Source: a virus
Taxonomy: Duplodnaviria; Caudoviricetes
Virus record (IMG/VR): IMGVR_UViG_3300021387_001464
Span: 47,679-111,678 of that record
Length of the DNA stretch: 64,000 nucleotides
Reading direction: 5' to 3' (one strand)
The position numbers and the translations under genes were made by a program. This document shows positions 1 to 9,843 of the stretch, in pieces. Position 1 is the first letter of the stretch, and each line of letters starts with the position of its first letter. The notes under the pieces were generated by a model. It was not told where the DNA came from, did no database searches, and was given only the letters and a program-made list of their open reading frames with translations.

Positions 1-5
1 TCTAT

Positions 6-425
6 ATGGCAGTGAAGATGGCGCTCGACAAACACAAGCAGACGAACACCGAGTTGAAGGCCAAACTGGAGTGCGGACGTATCTGTGGCGAGTTGGCCGT
101 TGGTCAGTTCGATGCGCTGATGGACGATATGAAACGAAAGTTTGGCGTTGACTACACGCCGCTGTTCGTAGCAGGCCGCTACACCGACCCATTATATTCG
201 TGGGAGCAGGTATGCGACCTGTATGTCAAAACCGACGACCCTGCAGACTATATCGACTTGAACAGCGATGACAACCTGCGACTGGCGGCTGACGTGCTGG
301 CCCGCAAGTTGAACGACTGCGAACTACTGAACCGTATTGGCAAACACGCTATCGAAATGAACCTGGAAACGGCAAAGAAGTATGCCTCCGAGGAAGATTT
401 GGAGGAGTTAGGTGTCAAGGAGTAA
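6..425 (+). CDS. hypothetical phage protein (possibly 5'-truncated by window edge)
   Basis: 139-aa ORF with phage-typical codon usage, in operon orientation. Confidence 0.6.
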   Translation: MAVKMALDKHKQTNTELKAKLECGRICGELAVGQFDALMDDMKRKFGVDYTPLFVAGRYTDPLYSWEQVCDLYVKTDDPADYIDLNSDDNLRLAADVLARKLNDCELLNRIGKHAIEMNLETAKKYASEEDLEELGVKE

Positions 426-432
426 TAGAGCG

Positions 433-846
433 ATGAAACACGCAGGATCACGATACAAGGACTTTCCCAGTCTGAAGAAGCGCGGGCTGCGCATACCTGT
501 GCGGCAGGTGGCGGTCATTCAGACGTGGCGCACGGACTATGGACCGAAGGGCGAGGAGACACCGTTGCTCACCATCGAACTGCACGGCGCAGCACGGGTG
601 ATGGTCGGCAGGGTGGTGGACAGTTGGTGCGGAATACTCTGCAAGGGCTACACCCTGACGTGGGAGCCGATAGCCTCGCGCCTGAACGGGCGCTGCAGCA
701 GTTCGCTGGTGCTCACCATCGACCGCCCCGACCTCCATATTCTCGGTGCCGACGAGTGGGCGCCGCTGCTCAAAGACCGCATGGAGCGCCTGTTTCATTG
801 CCGCGTCACGGTGTTCACCGACTACAACCGCTGGCTCAACGCCTGA
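433..846 (+). CDS. hypothetical protein
   Basis: ORF directly after the previous stop; ATG at 433 chosen over the upstream alternative start at 412. Confidence 0.6.
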   Translation: MKHAGSRYKDFPSLKKRGLRIPVRQVAVIQTWRTDYGPKGEETPLLTIELHGAARVMVGRVVDSWCGILCKGYTLTWEPIASRLNGRCSSSLVLTIDRPDLHILGADEWAPLLKDRMERLFHCRVTVFTDYNRWLNA

Positions 847-853
847 CGATTTT

Positions 854-888
854 TGTCCGCTTACTAAAAACAACTTTTCCTACCTTTG
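854..888 (+). promoter_or_regulatory. phage-type promoter TGTCCG-N21-TACCTTTG
   Basis: Bacteroidetes -7 box (TAnnTTTG) at 881-888 with TGTCCG 21 nt upstream; same geometry recurs about 10 times in the window. Confidence 0.7.
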
Positions 889-907
889 CTCACAACAAAT
901 AGGCGAT

Positions 908-1174
908 ATGACAATGATTTATACTCTCAACGAAAAACTACGCTTTGTGCCCTCATGTGGGGTGCAATCGGTGGGTTATCCCCAATCCTGCACGCAGAAA
1001 TGCACGACTTTTGTGCTGAAAAGCGTGCGTAGTATTGCACGTAGAAATACACAAACTATGCACGAAACTACGCATCAAACTATGTGCAAACCTATCCACA
1101 AACCTAAACGCAAATCTATCGCCGATTTTGCACGGCATTCTGCACGGAATCTTGCACAGAATAATCATCAATAA
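908..1174 (+). CDS. possible short ORF over a 12-bp-periodic repeat region
   Basis: AGGCGAT-ATG start context shared with other genes; much of the ORF is degenerate 12-mers (TGCAC.../CAAAC...), so it may be non-coding. Confidence 0.3.
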   Translation: MTMIYTLNEKLRFVPSCGVQSVGYPQSCTQKCTTFVLKSVRSIARRNTQTMHETTHQTMCKPIHKPKRKSIADFARHSARNLAQNNHQ

Positions 1175-1196
1175 TAGTATCAAAATATAATGTAAT

Positions 1197-2330
1197 ATGG
1201 GACGAAAACGTAACCCTTATATCCAGCTGTTCACCCGCGACATATTATCGTCGCCACGATGCCGTGCCTTGTCGGAATCGGCGGCTGGAGTGTACCTCTT
1301 TTTACTCTGCCGACTGAACGAGCCGCCCACCCCTGGTGCCTACCGTATCAGCGACTGGGAACTGCACCCCACATGGAAGCGCTCTAAGACGCAGCAATGC
1401 CTTGCAACCCACGATAAATACGAGCGTTTGCAGTATTTTGCCGCCATGCTGTCGAAGAACGATTTGCCGTGGAAACAGGCCGCTATCCTGGCTGGTCTGC
1501 AGGAGCTTTATAAGTATGGTATCGTGACCGTCGAGGGTGACATGCTGATACAACCGCGTATGTTTAAGGACAACGGTTTTGAACTGCCTGATTTGGACAA
1601 TGACGGCGACCCTATTGGCACCATTCTCGACGACCCGACGAGCGGGTCTATGGCGCTTAAAGGTGACGATGATTTTACACAAAATAACGGTGCAAATAAT
1701 GGTGCAGAAAAACGTACCGATTCAGGTACAAAAAAAGTGCAGGAAAAAGTACACGTTTCTCACGCGCCCGCTACGCGCGCTTTGAGCGTTGAGAATATGA
1801 GTAATAATAGTAATAGTAAAGGTAATAAGGGGGTGCAGGGGGACGCGACCGCCGACGACAATTCGTGCAGAATGCCGTGCAAAAATCCAAAAACGGATAA
1901 AGATAACCCTAAACACCAAAACGAGGGCGCTAACGGCGTTTTTGATTCCGAGGCGGTAAATTCTACATCTGCGCCACAAAAACCCGTCAGCGAGCCCCAA
2001 AATGCCCGCAAACGACCTTCTGTGGTGGCTGACAATCCCCCGACATTGGAGGATATTCAGGCTTATATGGACGAGCGGGCACAGCAGGGCAAGCCTTTCG
2101 TGTATGTCACGGCAGAGAGCTTCCTCGATGCCTGCGAGCAGAGCGGGTGGCGACTGAAGGACGGTAAGCCGATGATGGACTGGCGGGCTCGTATGCGTAC
2201 TTTCGAGAACTACCGCAAGGAGCATGGCGACCGTCCTGTGGCGCAGGGTAGGGTACAGGCGCAGCCCAAGCCTGGCGACCCCGTAGGTGCCACCCCCACG
2301 GCGAAGGGTAAGTATAAGAATAAATGGTAA
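1197..2330 (+). CDS. phage replication initiator / replisome organiser-like protein
   Basis: N-terminal YIQLFTRDILS...GVYLFLLC domain, low-complexity linker, C-terminal PPTLEDI...F...GW...DWRA motif; lies directly before a DnaC-like ATPase. Confidence 0.65.
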   Translation: MGRKRNPYIQLFTRDILSSPRCRALSESAAGVYLFLLCRLNEPPTPGAYRISDWELHPTWKRSKTQQCLATHDKYERLQYFAAMLSKNDLPWKQAAILAGLQELYKYGIVTVEGDMLIQPRMFKDNGFELPDLDNDGDPIGTILDDPTSGSMALKGDDDFTQNNGANNGAEKRTDSGTKKVQEKVHVSHAPATRALSVENMSNNSNSKGNKGVQGDATADDNSCRMPCKNPKTDKDNPKHQNEGANGVFDSEAVNSTSAPQKPVSEPQNARKRPSVVADNPPTLEDIQAYMDERAQQGKPFVYVTAESFLDACEQSGWRLKDGKPMMDWRARMRTFENYRKEHGDRPVAQGRVQAQPKPGDPVGATPTAKGKYKNKW

Positions 2331-2357
2331 TACGAATATACGCATATAAAGAGGACT

Positions 2358-3110
2358 ATGGCAAACTTACAGAACCATATTGACGACGAAACCCGCAAGG
2401 CATTGCAGCAGATAGCCGCCGCACAGCACGCTGCCACCGATGCCGCCAAGGCGAAGCGTGACCGCACGGCGATGATGGCCGACGTGATCCGTCAGCAGCG
2501 CAAGGGTGGCGGTTTCAAGGGTGATGCTAAGGTGCGCTGGACGCTGCAGGATGCCGACGTGCTGCTGATGCGTGGACTGGCCTATGCCATCGGTCCTACG
2601 GCGCAGTGGTTGCCGGAGTACGACCAGGTGGCCGACTGGCTCAGCGACAACCAGGGCAAGGGACTGATGTGTATCGGCGACTGCGGACGTGGAAAAACCA
2701 TCATCACTCGCGACATCCTGCCACTGGTGTTCAAGAACTACATCCAGATACACGATGCCCAGGCCGACTACTGGTTCCACCCCGTATATAGCTACTTTCA
2801 GGCGAAGGAGTTGAAGAGCCGCTGGGACGAGATAGTACGTGGCAAGATTATCTGCATCGACGACGTGGGTACCGAGCCGATTGCGAAGGTGTATGGTGAG
2901 ACGCACAACTACTTCTCTGAGCTTGTTGACCTCTGCAACGACCGCGACAAGCTCTTGATATGCTCCACCAACCTGACCCATGCGCAGCTCTTCGGTGGTG
3001 AGGAGGACGGCATCGTCTATCCTGCCCGTTGCGACCAGCGCACCTTCTCGCGGCTGGTGGGCAACACCGTGCGCGTGTATTTTGAAGGAGACGATTTACG
3101 AATTAAATAA
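2358..3110 (+). CDS. DnaC/IstB-like AAA+ ATPase (helicase loader)
   Basis: Walker A GDCGRGKT, Walker B ICIDDVG, STNL motif, C-terminal FEGDDLR. Confidence 0.8.
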   Translation: MANLQNHIDDETRKALQQIAAAQHAATDAAKAKRDRTAMMADVIRQQRKGGGFKGDAKVRWTLQDADVLLMRGLAYAIGPTAQWLPEYDQVADWLSDNQGKGLMCIGDCGRGKTIITRDILPLVFKNYIQIHDAQADYWFHPVYSYFQAKELKSRWDEIVRGKIICIDDVGTEPIAKVYGETHNYFSELVDLCNDRDKLLICSTNLTHAQLFGGEEDGIVYPARCDQRTFSRLVGNTVRVYFEGDDLRIK

Positions 3111-3124
3111 AAAACATTAAGACT

Positions 3125-3346
3125 ATGATTCATTTCGGAAAAGACCCTCACGAGGACAAGGTGATTATCGAGGTCGGCAATGAAGACCTGCTGCACCTGA
3201 AGAATGTGCTGATGGCCATGCCGCTGCCCGAGCGGCGCGTGTTCCACGGCGTCAAGGAACTGCTGGAGACCGACAAGGCGCTCCGCAAGTACATCGACCC
3301 ACAAATGACAAGGAAAGGAGACAATGACAATGGTAAAGGCGAATAA
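3125..3346 (+). CDS. hypothetical protein
   Basis: 73-aa ORF with AAGACT-ATG context. Confidence 0.6.
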   Translation: MIHFGKDPHEDKVIIEVGNEDLLHLKNVLMAMPLPERRVFHGVKELLETDKALRKYIDPQMTRKGDNDNGKGE

Positions 3347-3503
3347 ATTGTGTCGGGGCGAGCACTGCCCCAGCCGTGTCCAGTGCATCCACTATCTGCA
3401 GTATATCACCAGCACCGAGGCAGCGCCCTCGATAGCCCACTGCACCGACGGCAAACTGTTCGAGCGTGACCCGAAGAACGTGCATCCGCAACATCGCCGT
3501 TAA
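3324..3503 (+). CDS. small Cys-rich hypothetical protein
   Basis: MTMVKANKLCRGEHCPSRVQC... 59 aa, overlaps previous stop; translated by hand. Confidence 0.5.
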   Translation: MTMVKANKLCRGEHCPSRVQCIHYLQYITSTEAAPSIAHCTDGKLFERDPKNVHPQHRR

Positions 3504-3571
3504 GGACTACGAATTTCACGAATTGAACGAATTGGTTTTTACGACAACAGATTACACGGATTACACGGATT

Positions 3572-4510
3572 ATGACAATAGGACTGATAGACGTTGACGG
3601 GCATAACTTCCCGAACCTCGCACTGATGAAGCTGTCGGCTTACCACAAGTCGATGGGCGACACGGTGGAGTGGTACGGCATCTTTGGCGAGTACGACCGG
3701 GTGTATATGGCAAAGGTATTCACACATACTCCCGACTACAACACGGTCATACCGAACGCAAAGGAGATTGTGCGGGGCGGTACTGGCTACGACATCAAGA
3801 GCCGACTGCCAGAACAGGCAGAGAAGATAGTGCCAGACTACTCGCTCTATCCGTACATCGACAGCAAGACCGCTTACGGGTTCCTTACAAGGGGTTGCAT
3901 CCGCAAGTGCCCTTGGTGTATCGTGCCGAAGAAAGAGGGCAGCGTCTATCCCTATCAAGACGTAGAGGATATTGCCGTTGACGGACGTTCACGGCTCATA
4001 CTGATGGACAACAATATCCTTGCCCTGCGCGACTATGCCGAAGAGCAGTTTGTAAAAATCATCAAGAACGGCTACCGCGTAGATTTCAACCAAGGTCTTG
4101 ATGCAAGGCTGGTGGACGATGATATGGCGAAGATGCTGGCATCTATGAAATGGATAAAGGCCATCCGCTTCGGCTGCGACACTCCCAAGCAGGTCGAGGA
4201 ATGTGACGTCGTGATAGATAAGTTGCGCACCTACGGCTTCAATGACGAGGTGTTGCTCTACACGATGATATACGGCGATATCAACGAATGCTTTGAGCGC
4301 ATCAACCATTGGCGCGACCCCAAGTATCGGACGCTGGTAGTCTGTCAGGCCCAACCTCAGTTAGACTTTACAACCACTAAGCAGAACATTCCACAGTGGC
4401 AAAAGGATATGGCGCATTGGGCAAACAAGCGTTGGCTGTACTTCGCCGACGATTTCCATAATTTCAGTCCCCGCAAGGGCTTCCGATGCAGGGAATACTT
4501 TAATTCGTGA
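3572..4510 (+). CDS. radical SAM protein
   Basis: CxxxCxxC in TRGCIRKCPWC; N-terminal PNLALMKLS and GGTG motifs; DFNQGLDARL. Confidence 0.85.
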   Translation: MTIGLIDVDGHNFPNLALMKLSAYHKSMGDTVEWYGIFGEYDRVYMAKVFTHTPDYNTVIPNAKEIVRGGTGYDIKSRLPEQAEKIVPDYSLYPYIDSKTAYGFLTRGCIRKCPWCIVPKKEGSVYPYQDVEDIAVDGRSRLILMDNNILALRDYAEEQFVKIIKNGYRVDFNQGLDARLVDDDMAKMLASMKWIKAIRFGCDTPKQVEECDVVIDKLRTYGFNDEVLLYTMIYGDINECFERINHWRDPKYRTLVVCQAQPQLDFTTTKQNIPQWQKDMAHWANKRWLYFADDFHNFSPRKGFRCREYFNS

Positions 4511-4620
4511 AATTCGTGTAATTCGTGGTCGAAAAAGAACAATCCGTTCCATCCGTGCCATCCGTGTTCAAAAATAAATAAAACAACCCAAATATTCACT
4601 TATTAAACATTTTCAAAACA

Positions 4621-5856
4621 ATGAGAACAAACGAGATTTCTATCGACGTGCAGGGCTTCAAGAAAGTCCTCGACATGGTGAAGGGCTGCGTGCCCTCGAA
4701 ACCCACAATGCCTATCCTCGCCAACGTGAAGCTGGACTGGGACAAGGCTACTGGCAAGTTCTACCTCTCTGCCTCCAATGGCGATCAGTATCTGACCGTG
4801 GAGTGTGCCGAGCGCCGCAAGGTGGACGACGGCATTCAGATCGAGGCTTGTGTTCACATGCTGAAGGAAGACCCCAAGGAGCACTGGCAGCCCGTCTGTC
4901 TGCCCTTTGCCGCCCTGCGTGAGATGTTCGCCCTGCTGCCCGCCGCCCGCCGCTGTCTGGTGCAGTTGGAGGAGAAGGACGATGTGCGCAAGATGAAGAT
5001 TGACTATCAGGAAGGCAAGACGTCGCTGCCTTACGATGCCGCCGACGAGTTCCCCGTGCCTCCCGCAGTGGAAGCCGAGAAGTGTCGCTTCCAGACCGAT
5101 GCCGCCCCACTGCTCACCGCCGTGCGCAGTGCCAAGACCTGTTCTGCTGACGACGAGTTGCGTCCCGTGATGAACTCGGTGTGTCTCGACTGCTTCATTG
5201 ACAGCATCGTAGTCGTAGCCTCCGACGGTCATACTATGTATAAGCAGGTGCTCGAAACGCCAGGCTACATGCAGCAGGTAGGCTTCCCCGCCGATGGCAG
5301 CACCCGTCTGCTGTTGCCCAAGCAGGCTATGTCGAGCGTTGTCAGTGCCCTCGACAAGAGCGAGCGCATCACTGTCACTGCCGACTCGCAGCGCATGCAG
5401 TTCTCTACCGACGGCGTGACACTCATCACCCGCTGCATCGAGGGCAACTACCCCAACTACGAGGCCGTCATCCCCAAGGACAATCCTTATAAGGTATCTA
5501 TGAGTCGTGACACCCTGCGCATGGCTCTGCGCCGTGTCGGTCTGTCGGCCAACACATCGAGCAACATGGCTACCCTCTCTTTCGCGACCGACGCCTTCGT
5601 GGTGGCTGCCGATGACTACGAGTTCTCCCGCGAGGGCTCTGAGCGTGTGCCCATCCAGCAGAACGACGCCTTCCTGCCTGCCGATTTCAAGATAGGCATC
5701 AAGATCAGCAGCACCCTCGACCTGCTCGACCTGCTCGACGAAGACAGCATCCAGTTGTTCCTCTCCGACCCCAGCCGTGCCATCCTGCTGAAGAACGAGT
5801 CGCCCACGCTGCAAGGCAAGACGCTCCTGCAGATGCCGATGTTGGTAAATCAGTAA
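4621..5856 (+). CDS. dnaN: DNA polymerase III beta sliding clamp
   Basis: PTMPILANV, DELRPVMNSV, VASDGH, IEGNYPNY, DPSRAILL, terminal MPM; 411 aa. Confidence 0.9.
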   Translation: MRTNEISIDVQGFKKVLDMVKGCVPSKPTMPILANVKLDWDKATGKFYLSASNGDQYLTVECAERRKVDDGIQIEACVHMLKEDPKEHWQPVCLPFAALREMFALLPAARRCLVQLEEKDDVRKMKIDYQEGKTSLPYDAADEFPVPPAVEAEKCRFQTDAAPLLTAVRSAKTCSADDELRPVMNSVCLDCFIDSIVVVASDGHTMYKQVLETPGYMQQVGFPADGSTRLLLPKQAMSSVVSALDKSERITVTADSQRMQFSTDGVTLITRCIEGNYPNYEAVIPKDNPYKVSMSRDTLRMALRRVGLSANTSSNMATLSFATDAFVVAADDYEFSREGSERVPIQQNDAFLPADFKIGIKISSTLDLLDLLDEDSIQLFLSDPSRAILLKNESPTLQGKTLLQMPMLVNQ

Positions 5857-6086
5857 GTTTTTAACGACCACGGATTACGCGGATTGACACGGATTATAGC
5901 CCGCCCAAAGAAGAACAAAGGTCGTCGCTTGTTGCTCCTCAAAATCCAAACAAAATCTATTTTGAAAATCGCAATGTACCTTGAAGGATTTTGAACAAAG
6001 ATTTTTGGAAGATTTTAAGCCCACAAGGGCGCCCAAAAGAATCCGTGAAATCCGTGCCATCCGTGTTCAAAAAAGAAAAAGCAATT

Positions 6087-6485
6087 ATGAAATGTGATAA
6101 GATTTATATTTCAGGCCCTATCAGCAGCCGACCGCTGGGCGTGGCTATCAACCACTTCATGCTGGCGGAAGCCAAGTTGCAGGCGCAAGGCTACCGCACT
6201 TGCAATCCGCTGAAGATGCGCCTTTGCGTGTGGCTGGCTCAGCACGGCCACTACCGCCTCTGTCTCTGGATTCAGCTGTTGTGGATGTCGGCCACGTGTC
6301 AGTGCATCTATTTGCTGGACGGGTGGCACACGTCCGACGGCGCAAGGGCAGAGCGTGCCGTGGCGCGAGTGATGGGCATGACCGCCCTCTACGAGAAGCA
6401 GCGTAGAGCTCCCAGTAATATACCAGCACCGACCCACGTGCTGACACCTGAGAAGAAAACGAGTAAGAAACATAAAAAGAACTAA
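6087..6485 (+). CDS. DUF4406-like (nucleoside deoxyribosyltransferase-fold) protein
   Basis: KIYISGPIS...NP...IYLLDGWHTSDGARAE. Confidence 0.75.
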   Translation: MKCDKIYISGPISSRPLGVAINHFMLAEAKLQAQGYRTCNPLKMRLCVWLAQHGHYRLCLWIQLLWMSATCQCIYLLDGWHTSDGARAERAVARVMGMTALYEKQRRAPSNIPAPTHVLTPEKKTSKKHKKN

Positions 6486-6491
6486 GGCGAT

Positions 6492-6974
6492 ATGGGAATG
6501 ATTGACCAAATGAAGTATGCCAAGATACTGTATCTGGCAGACGTGTTGGAGGATATTCAGAACGACATGAGCAGGGACTACCGCTGCCACAACTACGCCG
6601 AAAGCATCAGCGACATTGTGAAAAGGCTACGAGAGACGATAGCCGTTACCGATGCGCAGGGCGAAATGAAGTGCGAGGACTTTGAAATCAGGCGCATGGA
6701 GTACCGCAGGAAGATTTGCGTGTTGGATGTACCAATCGAGGGAATAGACGATATGGAGAAATACATCCGTCGTGACGTAGAAAATAGCCTACTGCACGAA
6801 ATCGCAGAAAAGAAACTGATAGATGTCCGCAGGCATGAGGATCGTGACAACAACATGTTGATATTTACGGCATCGTTGATAGTCGGGGTAAGCAAACAGC
6901 CATACGTCCCGCAAGAGACACCGCCGACATTCGTTGACAATTTGGCAAAGTATTTAGAAGAGACCAGACAATAG
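6492..6974 (+). CDS. hypothetical protein
   Basis: 160-aa ORF, AGGCGAT-ATG context. Confidence 0.65.
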   Translation: MGMIDQMKYAKILYLADVLEDIQNDMSRDYRCHNYAESISDIVKRLRETIAVTDAQGEMKCEDFEIRRMEYRRKICVLDVPIEGIDDMEKYIRRDVENSLLHEIAEKKLIDVRRHEDRDNNMLIFTASLIVGVSKQPYVPQETPPTFVDNLAKYLEETRQ

Positions 6975-7075
6975 TAATAACCAATTAAAAACATTTGCGA
7001 TTATGAGATTTAGAGCCCCTTGATAAGGGGCGGCTATAATGCAGGGATTTATATCAACATTAAAAAGTAATTATT

Positions 7076-7648
7076 ATGAGATCAAGAACAGCACAATGGT
7101 TTGAGTGCAAAATCAAGTATGAGAAGGTGATGGAGGACGGGCTGCAGAAGCAGGTCGTGGAGCAGTACGTGGTTGACGCCCTGTCGTTTGCAGAGGCGGA
7201 GCAGCGCATCATCGAAGAGATGTCGCAGTACATCAGCGGCGAGTTTGAGGTGACGGACGTGAAGAAGGCGGCCTACAAGGAAGTGTTCTTCATGCAGGAC
7301 GGCGAGAAGATCCTGTCGCACGAGACGGAGAAGCTGAGCCGTGCCATGAACAAGGGCAGGGAGGCCGCTATGGAGCAGTACAACAAGCCGATGGACTGGA
7401 ATCCGAACAATGCTGACACCCGCTGGTACAAGGCGAAGCTACAGTTTATCACCATCGACGAGCGGACGGAGAAAAAGAAGCGTACCAACGTGACGTATCT
7501 GGTGCAGGCTTGCTCGCTGCACAATGCGCTCGACAACATCGACACGGTGATGAAGGGCACAATGATTGACTATGTGCAAGCCAACGTCGGCGAGACACAG
7601 CTGGTGGACGTGTTCGAGTACAGCAAAGGCAATGAAGTCGAGGAGTAA
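7076..7648 (+). CDS. DUF4494-family protein
   Basis: WFECKIKYEK...YVVDALSFAEAE...WYKAKLQFITIDE...YLVQA...ET.LVDVF, typical of the Bacteroidetes family; carries an internal insertion. Confidence 0.8.
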   Translation: MRSRTAQWFECKIKYEKVMEDGLQKQVVEQYVVDALSFAEAEQRIIEEMSQYISGEFEVTDVKKAAYKEVFFMQDGEKILSHETEKLSRAMNKGREAAMEQYNKPMDWNPNNADTRWYKAKLQFITIDERTEKKKRTNVTYLVQACSLHNALDNIDTVMKGTMIDYVQANVGETQLVDVFEYSKGNEVEE

Positions 7649-7685
7649 GTTTTAACGACCACGGATTACACGGATTTCACGGATT

Positions 7686-7877
7686 ATGGATTGCTACATG
7701 GGTATTCACGTCGCACTTGGTAAGAGCGACATTATTACAGACTGCAAATATTGCCGCAAGACCGACCGCAAAGGGTTTGGTCTTGACTATGCCTACGGCT
7801 ATGAGTGTCGCATCAAGTCAGAGAAGCGCAACTGTAACCGATGCCGTTATTGCTACTTTGGCCGCAGACGGTGGTAA
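7686..7877 (+). CDS. small Cys-rich protein in a 9-mer-bracketed cassette
   Basis: CKYC and CNRCRYC; ATG and TAA lie inside the flanking 9-mer repeats. Confidence 0.55.
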   Translation: MDCYMGIHVALGKSDIITDCKYCRKTDRKGFGLDYAYGYECRIKSEKRNCNRCRYCYFGRRRW

Positions 7878-7940
7878 TCCGTTAAATCCGTGTAATCTGT
7901 GTTCAAAAAAAATAATTAGTGGTTAAAAAGGAATACGACA

Positions 7941-8270
7941 ATGAGACAACTATCAGAAATTAAAAAGGACATTGAGGTGATCGACGGAAAGATTGCCGCA
8001 TTGAAGGAGCAGCGCAGAGTGCTGGCCAACGAGGGCATGGAGCGCATGTTTGCCGACTTCTGCGAGAAGTACGGCGTGAAGAAGGGCGATGTGGTGCATA
8101 CCGACCGCTACGGCGACATGATGGTGTGCGGCATCGACGCCCGATGGGGCGACTGGATTCAGATTCGCAAAATCAAGAAGGACGGCCAGCCGTACTGTGT
8201 CACCAACGTGCAGTCGCAGAGTGTGTTTGAAGGCTGCAAGGTTATCGGACATATTGATATGGAGGACTGA
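7941..8270 (+). CDS. hypothetical protein
   Basis: 109-aa ORF with N-terminal coiled coil. Confidence 0.65.
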   Translation: MRQLSEIKKDIEVIDGKIAALKEQRRVLANEGMERMFADFCEKYGVKKGDVVHTDRYGDMMVCGIDARWGDWIQIRKIKKDGQPYCVTNVQSQSVFEGCKVIGHIDMED

Positions 8271-8272
8271 CA

Positions 8273-8674
8273 ATGCAAGCATTTACTATCAAGACAAACA
8301 AGAGCGACTATCCATTCCTGGTGATAGCCGACGGTTTCAAGAGCGCAGTCGAGGTGTTGTATCAGAAAGGCATCTACGACACCGACATCGTTTCCGTGCA
8401 GCAGATGGAGTCTGTCAAAAGCGACCATATCCTCATTGAAGAGCGGCTGACCGACAAGGAAGTTCTCAGGGAGGAAGTGCGCCGTGAGTTGCAAGAGACT
8501 ATGCCGAAATGGATGCCAGAGCCTGCTGGAGCGGCAGGCGGTGCCGACCGCGACATCTACCTGATAAGAACGTCAAAGGGGCATTACTTCACGTCATCGT
8601 GCATCGGTGGCAATAACCACTACCTTGTGCTTGACGCATTGGAGCAACTGCCAGGATTGCCAAAGCAAGACTAA
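8273..8674 (+). CDS. hypothetical protein
   Basis: 133-aa ORF, starts 2 nt after the previous stop. Confidence 0.6.
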   Translation: MQAFTIKTNKSDYPFLVIADGFKSAVEVLYQKGIYDTDIVSVQQMESVKSDHILIEERLTDKEVLREEVRRELQETMPKWMPEPAGAAGGADRDIYLIRTSKGHYFTSSCIGGNNHYLVLDALEQLPGLPKQD

Positions 8675-8719
8675 TTCACGCCGCAAGGCATAGTATTAAC
8701 AATCAAAATTCAAACGACA

Positions 8720-9193
8720 ATGCAAAACTTTGATGAATTGGCTGAGAGGTATCTCGGCCTGGTGGAGAAACAAAAAGAGAGTGAGGGCAAGGCTGTGGAC
8801 AGCTTTACCCATGGTGACATGGAGACGTGCTTTGTGTCAGGGGCACAGTCGATGGAGCAGTTGCAGGAGGGCTGCGAGGGCACCTTTGGGCAGGCCATCG
8901 GCTCGCTGAAGCACGGCTTTCTGGTGCGTCGCAAGGGCTGGAACGGCAAGGGCATGTTCCTCTTCATGCGTCCGTGGGACTCGCTGAAGGACGGGTTTAT
9001 CATCGACACGGTGAAGTCGCTGCCCTACAACTTCAAGGAGTGGGTCAAGGCACACCCCAACGCCGAGGGTGAGCGGTTCTTCGACCAGTACATCTGCATG
9101 AAGGCCGCCGACGGCACGATAGTGAACGGCTGGAATGCCACACAGGTGGACATGCTCTCCGAGGACTGGGTGCTGGTGGACCCCAACGAGTAA
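8720..9193 (+). CDS. DUF2829 / Tad2-like protein
   Basis: FGQAI..LK.G..VRRKGWNGKGMFLF...GW...Q.DMLSEDW signature. Confidence 0.8.
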   Translation: MQNFDELAERYLGLVEKQKESEGKAVDSFTHGDMETCFVSGAQSMEQLQEGCEGTFGQAIGSLKHGFLVRRKGWNGKGMFLFMRPWDSLKDGFIIDTVKSLPYNFKEWVKAHPNAEGERFFDQYICMKAADGTIVNGWNATQVDMLSEDWVLVDPNE

Positions 9194-9296
9194 GCCCACA
9201 CAGCCACCGACCCCGCAGGGCGACCGCCCCTGCGGGGGATTGGAAAACGAACCACTAATTTCACGAATTAAACGAATAAAATTATCAAAAGGAATT

Positions 9297-9458
9297 ATGA
9301 AAATTGTAAGATTTGACGAAAAAGGAAATTGTCAGTTTGTATATTTCAACTGGCGCAAGTTTAAGTTTGAAACATCGTGCTGGGCAAACAATATCAGCGG
9401 ATTGTTTGGTAAGAACAACAACAAGAAGCATTTGATTATAGGACTTCACAATATGTAG
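9297..9458 (+). CDS. small hypothetical protein
   Basis: MKIVRFDEKG... 53 aa, AT-rich. Confidence 0.45.
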   Translation: MKIVRFDEKGNCQFVYFNWRKFKFETSCWANNISGLFGKNNNKKHLIIGLHNM

Positions 9459-9469
9459 GAGACGAAACT

Positions 9470-9610
9470 ATGGCAGAAGGTTATAGCATTGATTTTGGTA
9501 GGTTCGTATTGGGTTGTTGCAAGACATACACAACCTACGGCAAGTGCAAGACTAAGGAAGGAACGATTTATCAGTTCTGGAAGTTATACATTTGGATAAA
9601 GGAGGACTGA
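9470..9610 (+). CDS. small hypothetical protein
   Basis: MAEGYSIDFGRF... 46 aa, AAACT-ATG context; translated by hand. Confidence 0.45.
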   Translation: MAEGYSIDFGRFVLGCCKTYTTYGKCKTKEGTIYQFWKLYIWIKED

Positions 9611-9613
9611 TAT

Positions 9614-9832
9614 ATGAAGATAGAGATTGACATTGTGCCCGAGAAGTTGGTGACAAAGCAGGGCGAAGTAAAGTTTGACCCTTCCAACGTCACCTGTGCA
9701 GTATGTGGTAAGAAGATGCGATTGAACGGGATGAACAACGACGGACAGGACTACGATTTTCACTATGTCTGTCCTGACTGCGACACCGACACCCGCATTT
9801 GGGCGAGACAACTGCACGGCTTTATAGACTGA
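9614..9832 (+). CDS. Zn-ribbon small protein
   Basis: CAVC...CPDC. Confidence 0.55.
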   Translation: MKIEIDIVPEKLVTKQGEVKFDPSNVTCAVCGKKMRLNGMNNDGQDYDFHYVCPDCDTDTRIWARQLHGFID

Positions 9833-9843
9833 ACGAAACGGCT

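Noticed and set aside
4603-5871. Long antisense ORFs (e.g. 4603-5871, 10621-11637, 27144-28136, 55461-56459, 59735-60493)
   Set aside because: They are shadows of real genes caused by strong C/G third-position bias and carry no motifs of their own.
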